A stretch of DNA of 64,000 nt from Candidatus Latescibacterota bacterium (GTDB lineage Bacteria > Latescibacterota > UBA2968), in assembly GCA_965198115.1 (NCBI GenBank), contig OZ240241.1, forward strand, positions 2,048,001-2,112,000, written 5' to 3'. Positions 9,537 to 21,243 of the stretch are shown here, in pieces; position 1 is the first letter of the stretch; the number at the start of each line of letters is the position of its first letter. The notes beneath the pieces are model-generated. The model searched no databases and was not told the origin of the DNA. It worked only from the letters and a program-made list of their open reading frames with translations. A program made the translations under genes and the position numbers.

Positions 9537-11826
9537 CTAGGCCCGCTCACGACGGCGTCGGGCGAGCCTGGCCCCCACGTCGATCGCGCAGAGCAGGTTC
9601 CCCTCTTTTGCGATCCCCTTGCCCGCGATGTCGAACGCGGTTCCGTGATCGACCGACGTGCGAACGATCGGCAACCCCAGGGTCACGTTCACGCCCGTGT
9701 CGAACGCCACGAGTTTGACCGGCGCGTGACCCTGGTCATGATACATCGCGACGACCCCGTCGTAGACCCCGTTATACGCCTTGAAGAAGGTCGTGTCGGC
9801 TGGCAACGGTCCTTCCACGCGCCACCCGGCCGACGTGGCTTGCTCGACAGCCGGCAGAATGATCTCCGAGTCCTCCGATCCGAACAAGCCATTCTCCCCC
9901 GCGTGCGGATTCAGACCTGTCACGGCGATCGTGGGATCGACGCGCCCCATCCCCTCGAGTGCCTCGCGGAGCAGCGTGATCGTGTCGAAAATGTCCTCCG
10001 TCCTGAGCGTCGAAGACACCTGATCCAATCCGATGTGACACGTCACGTGGGCGACGTTCAGCCGTTCGGACGCCAGCATCAGTCGCACCCGCTCCGCGCC
10101 CGACTTGTCGGCCAGCAACTCCGTGTGGCCCGGATACCGGTACCCGGCCAGATTCATGGCCTCCTTGTTGAGCGGTGCCGTCACGATTCCGTCGATGTCG
10201 TCGGCGACCGCCAGGTCGACCGCCTTGATGACCCATTCTGCGGCCGCACGACCCGCTTCACTCGACACTTCCCCCGTCCTGATCTGCCCACGATTCAAAT
10301 CGATCGGGTTGAGCACGTTAACTGTACCCCGCTCGAACCGAGCTTCACCTGGATGTTCAACGGATCGGATGCGTAGGTCGGCGCCGGCCCACCCGGCGGC
10401 CTGTTCCAACACGCCCGGGTCGCCGATCACCATCGGCCGGCACCGGGCATAGGCCTGGACTCCGGCCAGGGCCTTGGCGATGACTTCCGGCCCGACCCCG
10501 CACGGATCCCCCATCGTAATCGCGAGCAGCGGCAAACTTCGAACATCCGCCATCGGTATCTCCTTCTGAACAACACGCAGAAGCGCGTCACTCTCTCCGA
10601 GCGCTCCGCCCTTCGTCACGACCGTCAACCCATCGAAGGGTCCTCCGATCAGCTTACACACCGGCACCGCCGTTGCGACCTCCCCCAAAATCTGCGACGA
10701 CGTCGCCCCGAGCGCACGAGCGACCGAAATCGCCGTCCATCCTCCCGTCACGACCAGCGTCGCTGGCCGAAAAGCCGATAGCACGCGTTGGGCCACTTCC
10801 GCCAGCAGGGCGATCCCGTCTCCGGCATCGTCGCTGTGAAGTCCCGAGTGAAGCCCCACGAGCGAGATCACGGCGTCACCGCCGGCCTCGAGCTGCGCCG
10901 TCACCTCGTTCACGACCCTGGGTGCGTGAGGACGCGCCCAGGCGAATGGCGCGGAATCGACGTGAACCTCCCACTCGTGCGTGTGCCCGTCGGCTTTGAG
11001 GACGGACACCTGATCGCGCGTCGTCGATTCGTTCGTTCCGACGATCATCAACGTTGGCCCGGCGATCCACGGGTTCGACGGTGTTCGCTCCTGCGCGAGC
11101 CCATAGGCCTGGGGAACGTGGGCGGCCAACCCGGCGAACCCACACAGAATCGGGCCGGGGGTCAACCGGGCACACGCCTCCGCCAGAATCTCCAGATCCG
11201 ATTCCGCCGCCGCGTCTGCCACGATGATCGTCGTATCGACACCGCGGACGGCCTCGATCGTGACCGACACGTGGTCGACGCCCCGGGCAACCGTCTCGAG
11301 CGAGAGTGTGTGGATCGCGCACGGGGCTTCCGATTCGAGCAGATGCGGCAGGTAGGATCCCCGAACGGGCGCCCCGGCATCGTGACCGACTTCGGTTCGT
11401 TCAACGGGCACGCCGTGGACGAGGTGGTAGCCACCGACCGTCACGCGTCCCGCACAGGGAAAGGCCGGGGCGACCACACACAGGTTCCGGTCGAAGACGC
11501 GCATGACCGCGCGAATCTCGGTGCCGAGGTGGCCACGCAAGGCCGAGTCGACCTTTTTGTAGATCAGCCTCGGCCTCAGCCGGTCGAACCGGGCCATCGC
11601 ATCCATTCACGCGCTGCTCTGCGATAATCCTGGATGCGTTCCGCGTTTCCGTGTCGACGACGAGCGCATCGACATCGGTTAGGTCCATCTCGCCACCCAG
11701 GTAGACGCGGGTGCGCAAGCCTGACTTGGCAAAGGCGAGGCCCGTGTCGCAGGCGCCGGTAAAGTCGTCGGCCGGCACGATCACACGAACCGCTTCCGCG
11801 TGCCCGTCGATCGTTTCATCCCCCAT
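9537..11826 (-). CDS. pdxA: Four-carbon acid-sugar kinase (DtnK/DUF1537) in frame with a PdxA2-type dehydrogenase; frameshift near 11605
   Basis: ADDFTGACD, YKKVDSALRG and TKGG kinase motifs; TMGDPCGVGPE, GLNPHAGE, MYHDQG and RTSVDHGTAFDIAG PdxA motifs. Confidence 0.88.
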
Positions 11827-11920
11827 CGGTCACCTCTCTCCAGTCGCCGATCGTTGCTCCCCTCTCAAACGTGCGCCATATTATCGGGAAATCCGGCCAC
11901 ACGCAAACCAGAGGATCCTG

Positions 11921-12619
11921 ATGGATGAGAAGGCCACGTTCGTCCAGACTCTTTTCGCGGGTATCCCTGCCGAATACGATCGATTGCTCGGGCTGCTGAC
12001 GTTCGGTCAGGACGGAAGATGGCGAAGAGTCGCGATCGACGCGGCCGACGTGATCCCGGGGTCGAACGTGCTCGACCTGGCCACGGGCACGGGCGTCTTC
12101 GCGTTCGAATGGGTCGATCGATGCAAGGTCGAGGTCGCCGCCCTGGACATTACACCAGCGATGTTGCATCACGCCCGATCCGTTCGATTGTCGCGCGAAG
12201 TCCGTCCCTCCGTGCGCTTCGTCGGCGGACGAACCGAGTCCCTGCCTTTCGCGAACGATCAGTTCGACGTCGTCAGCATCGGGCTGGCTTTGCGCAACCT
12301 AACGGACCTTCCGGCGTCCTTTCAGGAGATGGCACGCGTGCTTAGACCGGGCGGTCGTGTCGTCTCGATCGACTTTACGCGTCCGCACAGACTGTTGCGT
12401 CGCGTTTATTATCCTTACCTCTGTCGGGGGTTGCCAGCTATCGGGCGGGCCATTTCACCCGAGTGGGACGACACGTTCGAATATCTCTGGCGTTCCATCC
12501 TCAGGTTTCACGAGGTTGCCCACGTCGTCGACGCGCTCGGAGCGGCCGGATTCCGCGATATCACCGCTCGCCCGTTGACCGGGGGAATCGCCACGCTGAT
12601 CGTGGGCACTCACCCGTGA
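11921..12619 (+). CDS. ubiE: UbiE/MenG family quinone methyltransferase
   Basis: YDRL...FGQDGRWR, VLDLATGTG, LRNL and EMARVLRPGG motifs. Confidence 0.8.
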   Translation: MDEKATFVQTLFAGIPAEYDRLLGLLTFGQDGRWRRVAIDAADVIPGSNVLDLATGTGVFAFEWVDRCKVEVAALDITPAMLHHARSVRLSREVRPSVRFVGGRTESLPFANDQFDVVSIGLALRNLTDLPASFQEMARVLRPGGRVVSIDFTRPHRLLRRVYYPYLCRGLPAIGRAISPEWDDTFEYLWRSILRFHEVAHVVDALGAAGFRDITARPLTGGIATLIVGTHP

Positions 12620-13902
12620 AGACGGGAGCCTGGTATGCGTCGCGTGGCGGCCCTCTTCGCGATCTCTGGACGTTGCTGCACCCACCCTACACGTCTATGG
12701 TTCTGGCCTACGTGACTCTGGGAGCGGCTTTGTCCGACCGGTTCGATCCTCTGCGGTGGGGCTGCCTCCTCCTCGCCTACTTTCTGGGTCTCGGCTGCGC
12801 TGCTCATTTTTTGGATGAGGCAAGGGGTCATCCCTGGGGAACAGGGTTCAGCACACGTCGTCTTCTCGTTTTGGCGGCCCTTACGTTGCTGACAGCCGTC
12901 GGCATCGGCGTCTACCTCGCGTGGACCTTCTATCTCGGATTTCTCGTGTTCGTCGCGGCCGAAACCTTCTTCGCCTTCGCCTACAATCTGGAATGGTTTT
13001 CCGGCAGGTTCCACACCGACGCCTGGTTCGCCGTCAGCTGGGCCGCACTTCCCTTCCTCGCCTCCTTCTACGTTCAAGATGGGGACCTACCCGTCTGGTC
13101 GATCGCCGTCGCGGGTGCGCTCGCGTCGACAGCCGCCGTGCAGATCTCGCTCAGTCGCTGGGTCAAGGGGTATCGTCGTGGCCCCTCCCTCGTGGCTCTC
13201 ACCGACGTTCGGGGAACTCGAAACATCTCGACGCAAGAAATGATCGAGCGACCCCAGCGCGCCTTGAGATTCATCGTATGGTCCGTCGACCTGCTCGCGG
13301 TGGGCCTCGTCCTCAAGCGAATCCTGCCTCCGCTGATCGTGTTCGGCCTGCTCACGGCCTCCCCGGACATCCTGGCACAGGAAAAGCCCAACGTCACCAC
13401 CAGAAAGGTCGGAGCCGAGTATCGCGTGAAGGGATCCTTGAGGGTGCCCGTTGAGAACCACGCGGTCTGGGATGCCCTCACGGATTACGATCGGCTGGCA
13501 ACGTTCGTCGAACCCCTCACGCGGAGTCGGACGCTCGAAGTCAACGACGACGACTCGAGACTCGTCGAACAGATTTCGTTCGTTAAAGTGTTGTTCATTA
13601 AGCGAGAGTCTCGCGTGGTTCTGCTGATGAAGGAATTTCCAAAAACTCGAATCGTCAGCGCGCTCGTCGAGGGAGATTTCATCACCTACCACGCCGAGTG
13701 GGAGCTGAGCGACACACGAGAAGCGAACGGGAAAGAAAGCTGTGTGCTCGGTCTGGAAATGAAAGTCAGACCCAAGATGACAGGACCGGCCTGGATCGAG
13801 AAGAGGCTTCTCAAGAGCGGTGTCGAAAAGACGTTGACGGGCATCCGCGACGAGGCTGTACGCCGGGCACGTGGCTGGGCAAATAAACAGAACGAACCGT
13901 AA
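12616..13902 (+). CDS. Multi-pass membrane protein (UbiA-like) in frame with an SRPBCC/Coq10-like domain
   Basis: LLHPPYT, AHFLDE and AYNLE motifs with about 8 TM segments; C-terminal VWDALTDYDRL...GDF; GTGA coupling with ubiE. Confidence 0.7.
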   Translation: MKTGAWYASRGGPLRDLWTLLHPPYTSMVLAYVTLGAALSDRFDPLRWGCLLLAYFLGLGCAAHFLDEARGHPWGTGFSTRRLLVLAALTLLTAVGIGVYLAWTFYLGFLVFVAAETFFAFAYNLEWFSGRFHTDAWFAVSWAALPFLASFYVQDGDLPVWSIAVAGALASTAAVQISLSRWVKGYRRGPSLVALTDVRGTRNISTQEMIERPQRALRFIVWSVDLLAVGLVLKRILPPLIVFGLLTASPDILAQEKPNVTTRKVGAEYRVKGSLRVPVENHAVWDALTDYDRLATFVEPLTRSRTLEVNDDDSRLVEQISFVKVLFIKRESRVVLLMKEFPKTRIVSALVEGDFITYHAEWELSDTREANGKESCVLGLEMKVRPKMTGPAWIEKRLLKSGVEKTLTGIRDEAVRRARGWANKQNEP

Positions 13903-14006
13903 CGGGGTATAATCTCTTAACACGTGGACCCGATCTTCCGACCTCATTGCGTGGCCGGGAGGCGCGTCATCGTCGTGCCCGTCTCCGGTGAAAGGTAAAA
14001 TGAAGA

Positions 14007-14037
14007 ACGCGCGACAGTCACCCGTCGCGCGTCGTTT
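14007..14037. terminator. Intrinsic terminator-like hairpin between convergent genes
   Basis: ACGCGCGAC-N8-GTCGCGCGT followed by CGTTT. Confidence 0.5.
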
Positions 14038-14087
14038 GCCCCTACATCCACCTCTCCTCTAACCCTCCCTACCGACTCATCTCACCC

Positions 14088-17000
14088 TCAATCGTCGTTG
14101 TCCGCCAACCCGACGAGTGCCTCTTCCTGCCCGGGTGCCGCGAAGGCACCGTGCGCAAGACGACGCAGCGCCAGCCGGAAGTCATCGAACAGCGTGTAGA
14201 AAATCGGGACGACCACGAGCGTCAGGAACGTCGATGAGATGAGGCCCCCCATCATCGTTCGGCCCAGCGGGGCGATCGGCATGCCCATCATATTGGCGAC
14301 ACTGACCGCCATCGGAATCAGCCCGAAGACGGTCGTGAATGTCGTCATCAGGATCGGCCGATAGCGATTATGACCCGCCTCCAGGATGGCCGTCATTCTG
14401 TCCGTACCGTCCTCCCGAAGCCGGTTGATCATATCGACGAGGACGATGGCATTGTTCACGACGACCCCGATCAACACCACACATCCCATACTGGCCATAT
14501 CGTCCATCTTCGTGTCGGTCAGGTAGAGCGTCCAGTAGACCCCGAAGAACGCCAACGGAATCGACAGGATCACCGAGAAGGGCAGAATAACCGACTCGAA
14601 CAGGACGCCCATCAGCAGGAACACGAACGTCACCGCCATCAGGATGGCGAAAATCATCTCGTCTTTCTTCTCGCGCAGTTTCGAGTAGTGCTCGCCCTTG
14701 TCCCAGGAGTAGCCGCGAGGCATCGAGAAGCCCGCCATCACCTGGTTGATCTGTGTGTAGAACTCGTCGATATCGTCTTTTGTCGCTGTGACCTTGATCC
14801 GAAGCTTCATACGTCCATCCTCGCGCCGAATCGTGCCGCTCCCCTTCGAAATCTTGAAATCCGAGAAGGATGCGAGCGGTACAGCCTCTCCCTCGGGTGT
14901 CTTGAACAGGTAACTCTTCAATTGCATCAATGTCTGACGGTCCTGTTCGGCCAGTTGAAGTCGAACCGCGATCTCCCTCTCGTCGACCTGAAGACGGTTG
15001 AGATGGGCGCCCTCGACAAGATAGCTGATGCTACGCCCGATCTCAGCCGGAGAAAAACCGAGTCGTCTTGCCTGCTCGCGATGGACCGTTACCTGGACCT
15101 CGCTCGCTCCTCGCTCCAGATCCGTTTCGGTGCTCAGGATCGACGGAATCCGCCTGATCCGTCGTTCGGCCTCCTCCAGCAACCCGGCCAGCGTCTCGAA
15201 GTCCTCACCGTAGAAATTCACATCGACCCCGGCATCCTCGCGCGAGAATCGCTTCTGAACCGACAGCTTAACCCCCACATACTCGGGCATGATTTCGTTC
15301 ATATCTTCGATGACCATCTTTCGGTCCATCCGGCCATCGACTGGATACCCGATGTAGGCCCGCGTGTTTCGGTAGATCTGGTTCCACCACTCCTGATTGG
15401 GTGGATGGTGCAGGAAGACGATGACTTGCCCGTAGTCGTCGTCGTACCAGGTTCGAATCGTGCGAATGTCGTAAGCTTCGCGCTTGGGCTCCAAGATCTC
15501 CTCGATCCCAGTCATCACCGAATCCATCATATCGAAACCGAAGAAGTTCGGCCCGTCGACTCGGATGCGAACTATGTTCTGACTGGCATCCCAGCTGCTG
15601 CCACGGCCACCCGACTTGATGTTCTCCATCGGGTAGAGGGCGGTTGCAGAGATGGCCAGTACGAGAATAATCGCGTCTCGGCGATGGTTGAGGCACCACT
15701 CCAGCGCCCGCAGGTAGACCACCCTCGTTCGCTGCACTGTCTTGGGTTCCTTGCCCACGCGCGCATCGCCGAACCGTTTGGCGGCGACGGGGATAAACAA
15801 GAGGGCGACGAACAGGGACCCGAGCAGCGAGAAAACGACGGGCAGTCCCATTTTGGAAAGGTAGAAGCTCGTCCGGGCGCTTCCGCTCATCAGCATCAGC
15901 GGGAGAAAGACGACGACTGTCGTCAGCGTGGCCATCGTGATGGCCAACCCCACCTCGCTCGCTCCCACGATCGACGCACGATGGGGGTCTTGTCCCTTCG
16001 CTCTGAGCCTGTAGATGTTCTCGACGATCACGATCGCGTTGTCCACGACCATCCCGACGCCCACCATCAGGCCCATCATCGTCATCGAGTTGAGCGACCA
16101 ATCGAGCAAGTAGATCCCCAGCAGCGCGATCATGACGCAGAGGGGGATGGACAACGTGATCAGTGCCGTCATCCGGATTGTCTGGAGGAAGTAGAGCAGA
16201 ACGGTAGCCGCGAACAAACCGCCCCAGATCCCCGTGTTCCGGAGGTTGGCCATCGACCGCTCGACGATCTCCCCCTGGTTGAAAAACACGTCGAACCGGG
16301 TCCCCGTGCGGTCCGCGATCTCGTCGAGCGCAGCGGACGCACGATTGCACACGTCGACGATGTTCTCACCGGATTCCCTGAAGATTCCGATGGCGATCGC
16401 ACTCTTCCCGTTGATCTTCTGCACCCACATTCGCTTGCGCGCACGATAGGTCACGTTCGCGATGTCCTTCACACGGATGTCGACGAAATCCGGCGGGGAG
16501 CGAAGGCCGCTGCCCTCCCGTTCCACTGCCCGGGCGGACGGCAGACGCTCACCCGACTCCAGCACCTGACCTCCGACGCGTGCAGATGGGAATCGGAGGG
16601 GAATGTTGGCGATCTCCTCGAGCGACCGGTAGTGCGCGGTCGACCGCACGAAATACTTCTTTCCGCCTTCCCGTACGAAACCGCCCGAGAGGGCGAAGTT
16701 GTCCTGCCTCAGGGTCTGTAGAAGCTGGAAGTGGTTGATCCCTCGCGTCTGCATCTTCTGGTTGTCGAGCTCGATCATCACCTCGCGTCTGGGCGTGCCC
16801 CAGACCCCCACCCGAGCCACCCCCTTGAGCCGCTCCAGGTGTCGTCGAATATGAATATCGGCGAACTCACGCGGTTCCCCGACGCCGTCGGGCAACTGGA
16901 CCCCAACCCACATCACCTCCCAGTCCGTCTCCTGGTTGAACTTCCACAGGAAAACGAAATCTCGAACTTCCTCCGGTAAATCCAGCTTGGCTCGTTCCAG

Positions 17001-17381
17001 ACGGTCCATCATCTGGTTGTAGGCGAGATCGAGGTCGATGTCCTGACGGAACTCCAGACCCAGCCACAGCCCCCACTGCGTGGAGCTGGAAGCACGGATC
17101 CTCCGGTATCCCTTGACGGTGCGGAGGTGCTCTTCGATCGGTCGTCGGATGTTCCTGTCGACCTCCTGGGGCGACGTGCCGCGGCGATCGACGCCCACAT
17201 AAAGCCAGCGCCACTCCCACCCGGACGGAAACGCCTGAACGGACAGCCGCGAGTAAGCCACGGCGCCCACGACCAGGAGGGCAACCAGACACATCGTCAC
17301 CGTCACCGGTCGAGTCACCGAAATGCGCGGTAGGAACGAGTCCTGTCTCGCGGACGGTTCGGGGTGCTTCAGCTCATCCAA
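14088..17381 (-). CDS. RND (AcrB/AcrD/AcrF family) permease
   Basis: 1097 aa; RPVTV, GMVVDNAIV, GVVVNNAIVLVD and RPILMTT motifs. Confidence 0.93.
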   Translation of the reverse strand: MDELKHPEPSARQDSFLPRISVTRPVTVTMCLVALLVVGAVAYSRLSVQAFPSGWEWRWLYVGVDRRGTSPQEVDRNIRRPIEEHLRTVKGYRRIRASSSTQWGLWLGLEFRQDIDLDLAYNQMMDRLERAKLDLPEEVRDFVFLWKFNQETDWEVMWVGVQLPDGVGEPREFADIHIRRHLERLKGVARVGVWGTPRREVMIELDNQKMQTRGINHFQLLQTLRQDNFALSGGFVREGGKKYFVRSTAHYRSLEEIANIPLRFPSARVGGQVLESGERLPSARAVEREGSGLRSPPDFVDIRVKDIANVTYRARKRMWVQKINGKSAIAIGIFRESGENIVDVCNRASAALDEIADRTGTRFDVFFNQGEIVERSMANLRNTGIWGGLFAATVLLYFLQTIRMTALITLSIPLCVMIALLGIYLLDWSLNSMTMMGLMVGVGMVVDNAIVIVENIYRLRAKGQDPHRASIVGASEVGLAITMATLTTVVVFLPLMLMSGSARTSFYLSKMGLPVVFSLLGSLFVALLFIPVAAKRFGDARVGKEPKTVQRTRVVYLRALEWCLNHRRDAIILVLAISATALYPMENIKSGGRGSSWDASQNIVRIRVDGPNFFGFDMMDSVMTGIEEILEPKREAYDIRTIRTWYDDDYGQVIVFLHHPPNQEWWNQIYRNTRAYIGYPVDGRMDRKMVIEDMNEIMPEYVGVKLSVQKRFSREDAGVDVNFYGEDFETLAGLLEEAERRIRRIPSILSTETDLERGASEVQVTVHREQARRLGFSPAEIGRSISYLVEGAHLNRLQVDEREIAVRLQLAEQDRQTLMQLKSYLFKTPEGEAVPLASFSDFKISKGSGTIRREDGRMKLRIKVTATKDDIDEFYTQINQVMAGFSMPRGYSWDKGEHYSKLREKKDEMIFAILMAVTFVFLLMGVLFESVILPFSVILSIPLAFFGVYWTLYLTDTKMDDMASMGCVVLIGVVVNNAIVLVDMINRLREDGTDRMTAILEAGHNRYRPILMTTFTTVFGLIPMAVSVANMMGMPIAPLGRTMMGGLISSTFLTLVVVPIFYTLFDDFRLALRRLAHGAFAAPGQEEALVGLADNDD

Positions 17382-17459
17382 GGGCGAAAACCTCTGATGT
17401 GGGTGTGTGAACGGACGTCTCCACAGATAAGACCGTCCGACCCCTCTCCAAGTTACACA

Positions 17460-20400
17460 TCAATCGTCGGCGGCAACCTCGTCGGGCACGGTAGTCGGAG
17501 GGACGAAGGCGGCTCGAGCCAGCTGTTTCACGTAGGTTCGCAGGTCGTCCAGGAATGTGTACAACAACGGTACCACAAGCAGGGTCAGCGCCGTCGACGA
17601 AATCAGCCCCCCCATCATCGTCCTCCCGAGCGGCGCGTAGGGCGTTCCCATCAGGTTGCTGTTTCCGACCGCCATCGGGAGCAACCCGAAGATGGTCGTG
17701 AACGTGGTCATCAGGATCGGACGAAAACGATTGCGTCCGACTTCTGCGATCGCGGCGAGTCGATCCATTCCATCGCGTCGCAGCCGGTTGATCATATCGA
17801 CGAGCACGATCGCGTTGTTCACGACCACGCCGATCAGGATGATCATACCCACCATCGCCATCATATTCATAGGCGTGCCGGTCACATAAAGGAACCAGTA
17901 AACGCCCAGGAAGGCGAACGGAATCGAGAAAAGCACACAGAACGGCAGGATGAACGACTCGAACAGCACGCCCATCAGCAGAAACACGAACGTGATCGCC
18001 ATAATCACCGCAAAGTAGAGCGTGTCGTCCGTCTCGCGCAGTTCGCGGTATCGTTCGCCCTTGTTCCAAGTGTAGCCCCTCGGAAGCTCGAAACCGGTCA
18101 TCGCGCGATCGATCTCCCCATACAGACCCTTCAGATCGTCTTTCGTCGCGTAGGCTCGAATGCTCAGACGCGTTTGTCCGTCCTCACGATAGATGCGTCC
18201 CGTACTCCCCCGGACCTCGATCGTCGCCAGCTCCGCCAACGGAACATCCTCGCCGCCTTTTGCACGAAAGGCGAAGTTCTTGAGCTGCTGGAGCGTCTTA
18301 CGGTCTTCCCTCTCCAGATACAGACGCACCTGTACCTCTCGTTCGTCGGCCTGGAACCGAGGCAGACTGACGCCCTGAAGCGCGAACCCGATCGTTCGAG
18401 CCACCTCCTGCGCAGACACCCCGATTCGATTCGCTCGATGACGATCGACACGGACACGGACTTCCTCCTCCACACCCTGTTCGTCTTCGTCCTCCGTCTG
18501 GACGCTCACGACCGACGGGATCGTCCAGAGCCGGCGCACCACCTCGGGCACCATACTCTGAAGAACCCCCGTATCCTCGCCCTGCAGGACCACCCGGACG
18601 TTCGGATCTCCACTCCCGTCATTCCGTCCATCGATACGGTAATCGACCCGACGTATTGGGGAATCTCGTCTCGAACCGCCTTTACGACTTCTTTCCGGTC
18701 CATCTCCTTACTTACAGGAAAGCCGATCGCAGCCGTCGCATTCTTGAAGGCCACCCAGTACCAGGTCTCATTGGCCCTCGACACGAGAAAAACCTGAGTG
18801 TTCGCGTACCGCTCGCGGTAGTAGGTGCGGACCGTCTGGATATCGAACCGGGCACGATGTTCATCCAGAAAAGCCTCCACGCCGTCGATCACACTCACCG
18901 TCTGTTCGAACGTAAAGTGCGGGGGCATCTGCATACTGACCCGAAAGTCGTTCAGCGCCCGCCCGCCTCGGTCACTCCGCTTGAGCCCGCTCGACGGAAT
19001 CGAGATCGTCGTGAACAAAACCAGCGCGATCAACGCGGCATCCCGCCGGTGTCGCATCGTCCACGCGAGAACACGACCGTAGACCTCTCTCGTGCGCCTA
19101 ACGTAGACCGGGTCGGGTTTGTTCTCCGTCCCCCCAAAACGGACGGACGCCAGCGGAATGAAGATCAGGGCGACGAACAACGACGCCAGGAGCGCGAAGA
19201 CGACCGGAACTCCCATACGCGTGAGGTAGAAGTTCATCGCCTGGTTTTTCCCACCCATCAGCATTAAGGGGAGGAACACCACGACCGTCGTCAGTGTCGC
19301 CATCGTGATGGCCAGTCCGACCTCGCTGGCCCCCTTGATCGCGCCCTCACGCGCCGACATCCTTCCACGAAAGCGGGAGATGTTTTCCAAAATCACGATG
19401 GCATTGTCCACCACCATTCCCACCCCACCATCAACCCCATCATCGTCACCACGTTCAGCGACCATCCGATGAAGTGAATGCCCGTCAGCGTGATCATCAA
19501 ACAGAGCGGAATCGACAGCGTGATGATCGACGTCATCCTGACCGTGCGCAGGTAGTAGAGCAGAATCAAGGCGGCAAACAGGCCTCCCCATCCACCGGTC
19601 GTCTGGAGATTCCTGACGGCCGTTGAGGATGAACATGCCCTGATCGAAGAACACGTTGAACTGCAGCCCCGCGTTCGATTTCTCCAGTTCCCCCAACACG
19701 TCTCGGACGCGCGCCGTCGTTTCCACGATGTTCGCACCCGACTCCTGCTTGACGCCGAATGAGATACCGAGCTCGCCGTTCAGGCGCTGGTAGCTGCGCC
19801 GGGTCGGAACGTCGTAGGAGACCGTCGCCACGTCCTTCAAGGACACCTCGGGCAGCCCTTCTCGCCCGGGGATCTTGATGCCTTGAATCTCGTCCAGCGA
19901 CCGGTACTTGGCGACCGATCGCACGTGGAGCTTCTTCTCGCCCTCCTGCACGAAGCCGCCGGCCAACGCAAAATTGTCGCCCTGCAGTGCCCTCACGACT
20001 TCGGCGAGCGACAGCCCCCGCGACTGCAGACGTTCCTGATCGATCTCGACCATCACTTCCTTTTCGTTGACGCCATACAGATCAACGGCTCCGACCCCGT
20101 CGATGCGTTCGAGCGCACGAACGATCGTGCGCTGGCAGTACTGGTAGGGATCCCCGATCGACGGATCGAGCGTCACCCCGCCCCACAGGATGCTCCAACT
20201 GTCCATATCCCATTTGTAGACACGCACGCGATCTCTGGACTCCACGGGCAGGGATGGCTTCAGCCGGTCCAGGCGATCGACCACCTGGTTGTAAGCCAAC
20301 GCCATATCCGTGTCCTCCCGGAAAGAGATTCGAGCACGGGTGCCCCTTTCGTCGCTCGACGTCCGCAGACGCTCGATGCCCTTCACGGCACGGAGGGTCT

Positions 20401-20623
20401 CTTCCAGTGGACGCGTGATCTGAGACTCCGACTCCTGCGGCGTGGAATTATTGTAGCGGATGTTGACAAAGAGGAAATTCGGATCCAGACCGGACGGCAT
20501 CAGCTTGATGGGAATCCGATCGTAGGCGACGCCGCCCAGCACCAGCAGGGCGAGCAGGACCATCGTCACCATAACCGGACGGTTGACCGAAATGCGCGGA
20601 AGAATCGATTCGTGGATGTTCAT
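17460..20623 (-). CDS. Second RND permease paralog (frameshifts near 19620, 19420 and 18600)
   Basis: ORF pieces 18506..20857, 19393..19737 and 17460..18593 join into one AcrB-like protein starting MNIHESILPRISVNRP. Confidence 0.87.
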
Positions 20624-20945
20624 CGGCGGACAAAGAAAAGCGCGCCAGATGATCGATCGGTGCGCTCGCGGGAAGGGGCCGCTCTGGGTAGAACGGAGCG
20701 CGAAAAGATGGCCTGACGGGGTCGGAAAGTCAAGGTGGGCACAATAGGTGGGGCAGAGTCCTGCAGCTCGAGTTACCCCAGTCGGATGCATCAACGCGTT
20801 GCTAGGCGCAGCCCTTTCAGGACAGGCTCCGGGACGGGCACAACGTATTGTTTTCACACAAATATAAGTGCGCCGCGCACGCTCTATTGTCTGTCCTGAG
20901 TCTGAGTTCTGAACGAGGGCACTGTTAGGCCTATCCTGATGGTCC

Positions 20946-20977
20946 TCGTAAAAGTGGCCCCGGGGCCACTTTTACGA
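20946..20977. repeat. Perfect 32-bp palindrome
   Basis: TCGTAAAAGTGGCCCC followed directly by its reverse complement GGGGCCACTTTTACGA. Confidence 0.9.
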
Positions 20978-21089
20978 TTCCCTGCTATTTCCCAGTTTTT
21001 CCGCCCTTTTAAGAATTTTTTTCTCAACCTAACCCCTTGTAAAACCGATACTATCTCATAACACCCTATCCAAAACCGGAAAAACCTAC

Positions 21090-21117
21090 TTGACATTACT
21101 TGGTATAACTTTACATT
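21090..21117 (+). promoter_or_regulatory. Sigma70-type promoter
   Basis: TTGACA-N16-TACATT in an AT-rich intergenic region. Confidence 0.55.
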
Positions 21118-21243
21118 CTCGAATAGACGCTAGCGCCAACAGGCGATGACACGTCCAAGGAAGGGCTCCCCATCGCCGCTGAACGCGTCGGACCGGTTCC
21201 TCTCGCATCCACCCCGGCCGGTGTCGACACAACGGAGGGCAAC

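Noticed and set aside
14370-16721. Long antisense ORFs (also 17364..18797, 29059..31038 and the overlapping same-strand 51828..53225)
   Set aside because: Shadow frames of high-GC genes with no recognisable motifs
20640-20880. Possible riboswitch or ncRNA upstream of the RND genes
   Set aside because: Short hairpins are present but I could not match any known consensus by eye
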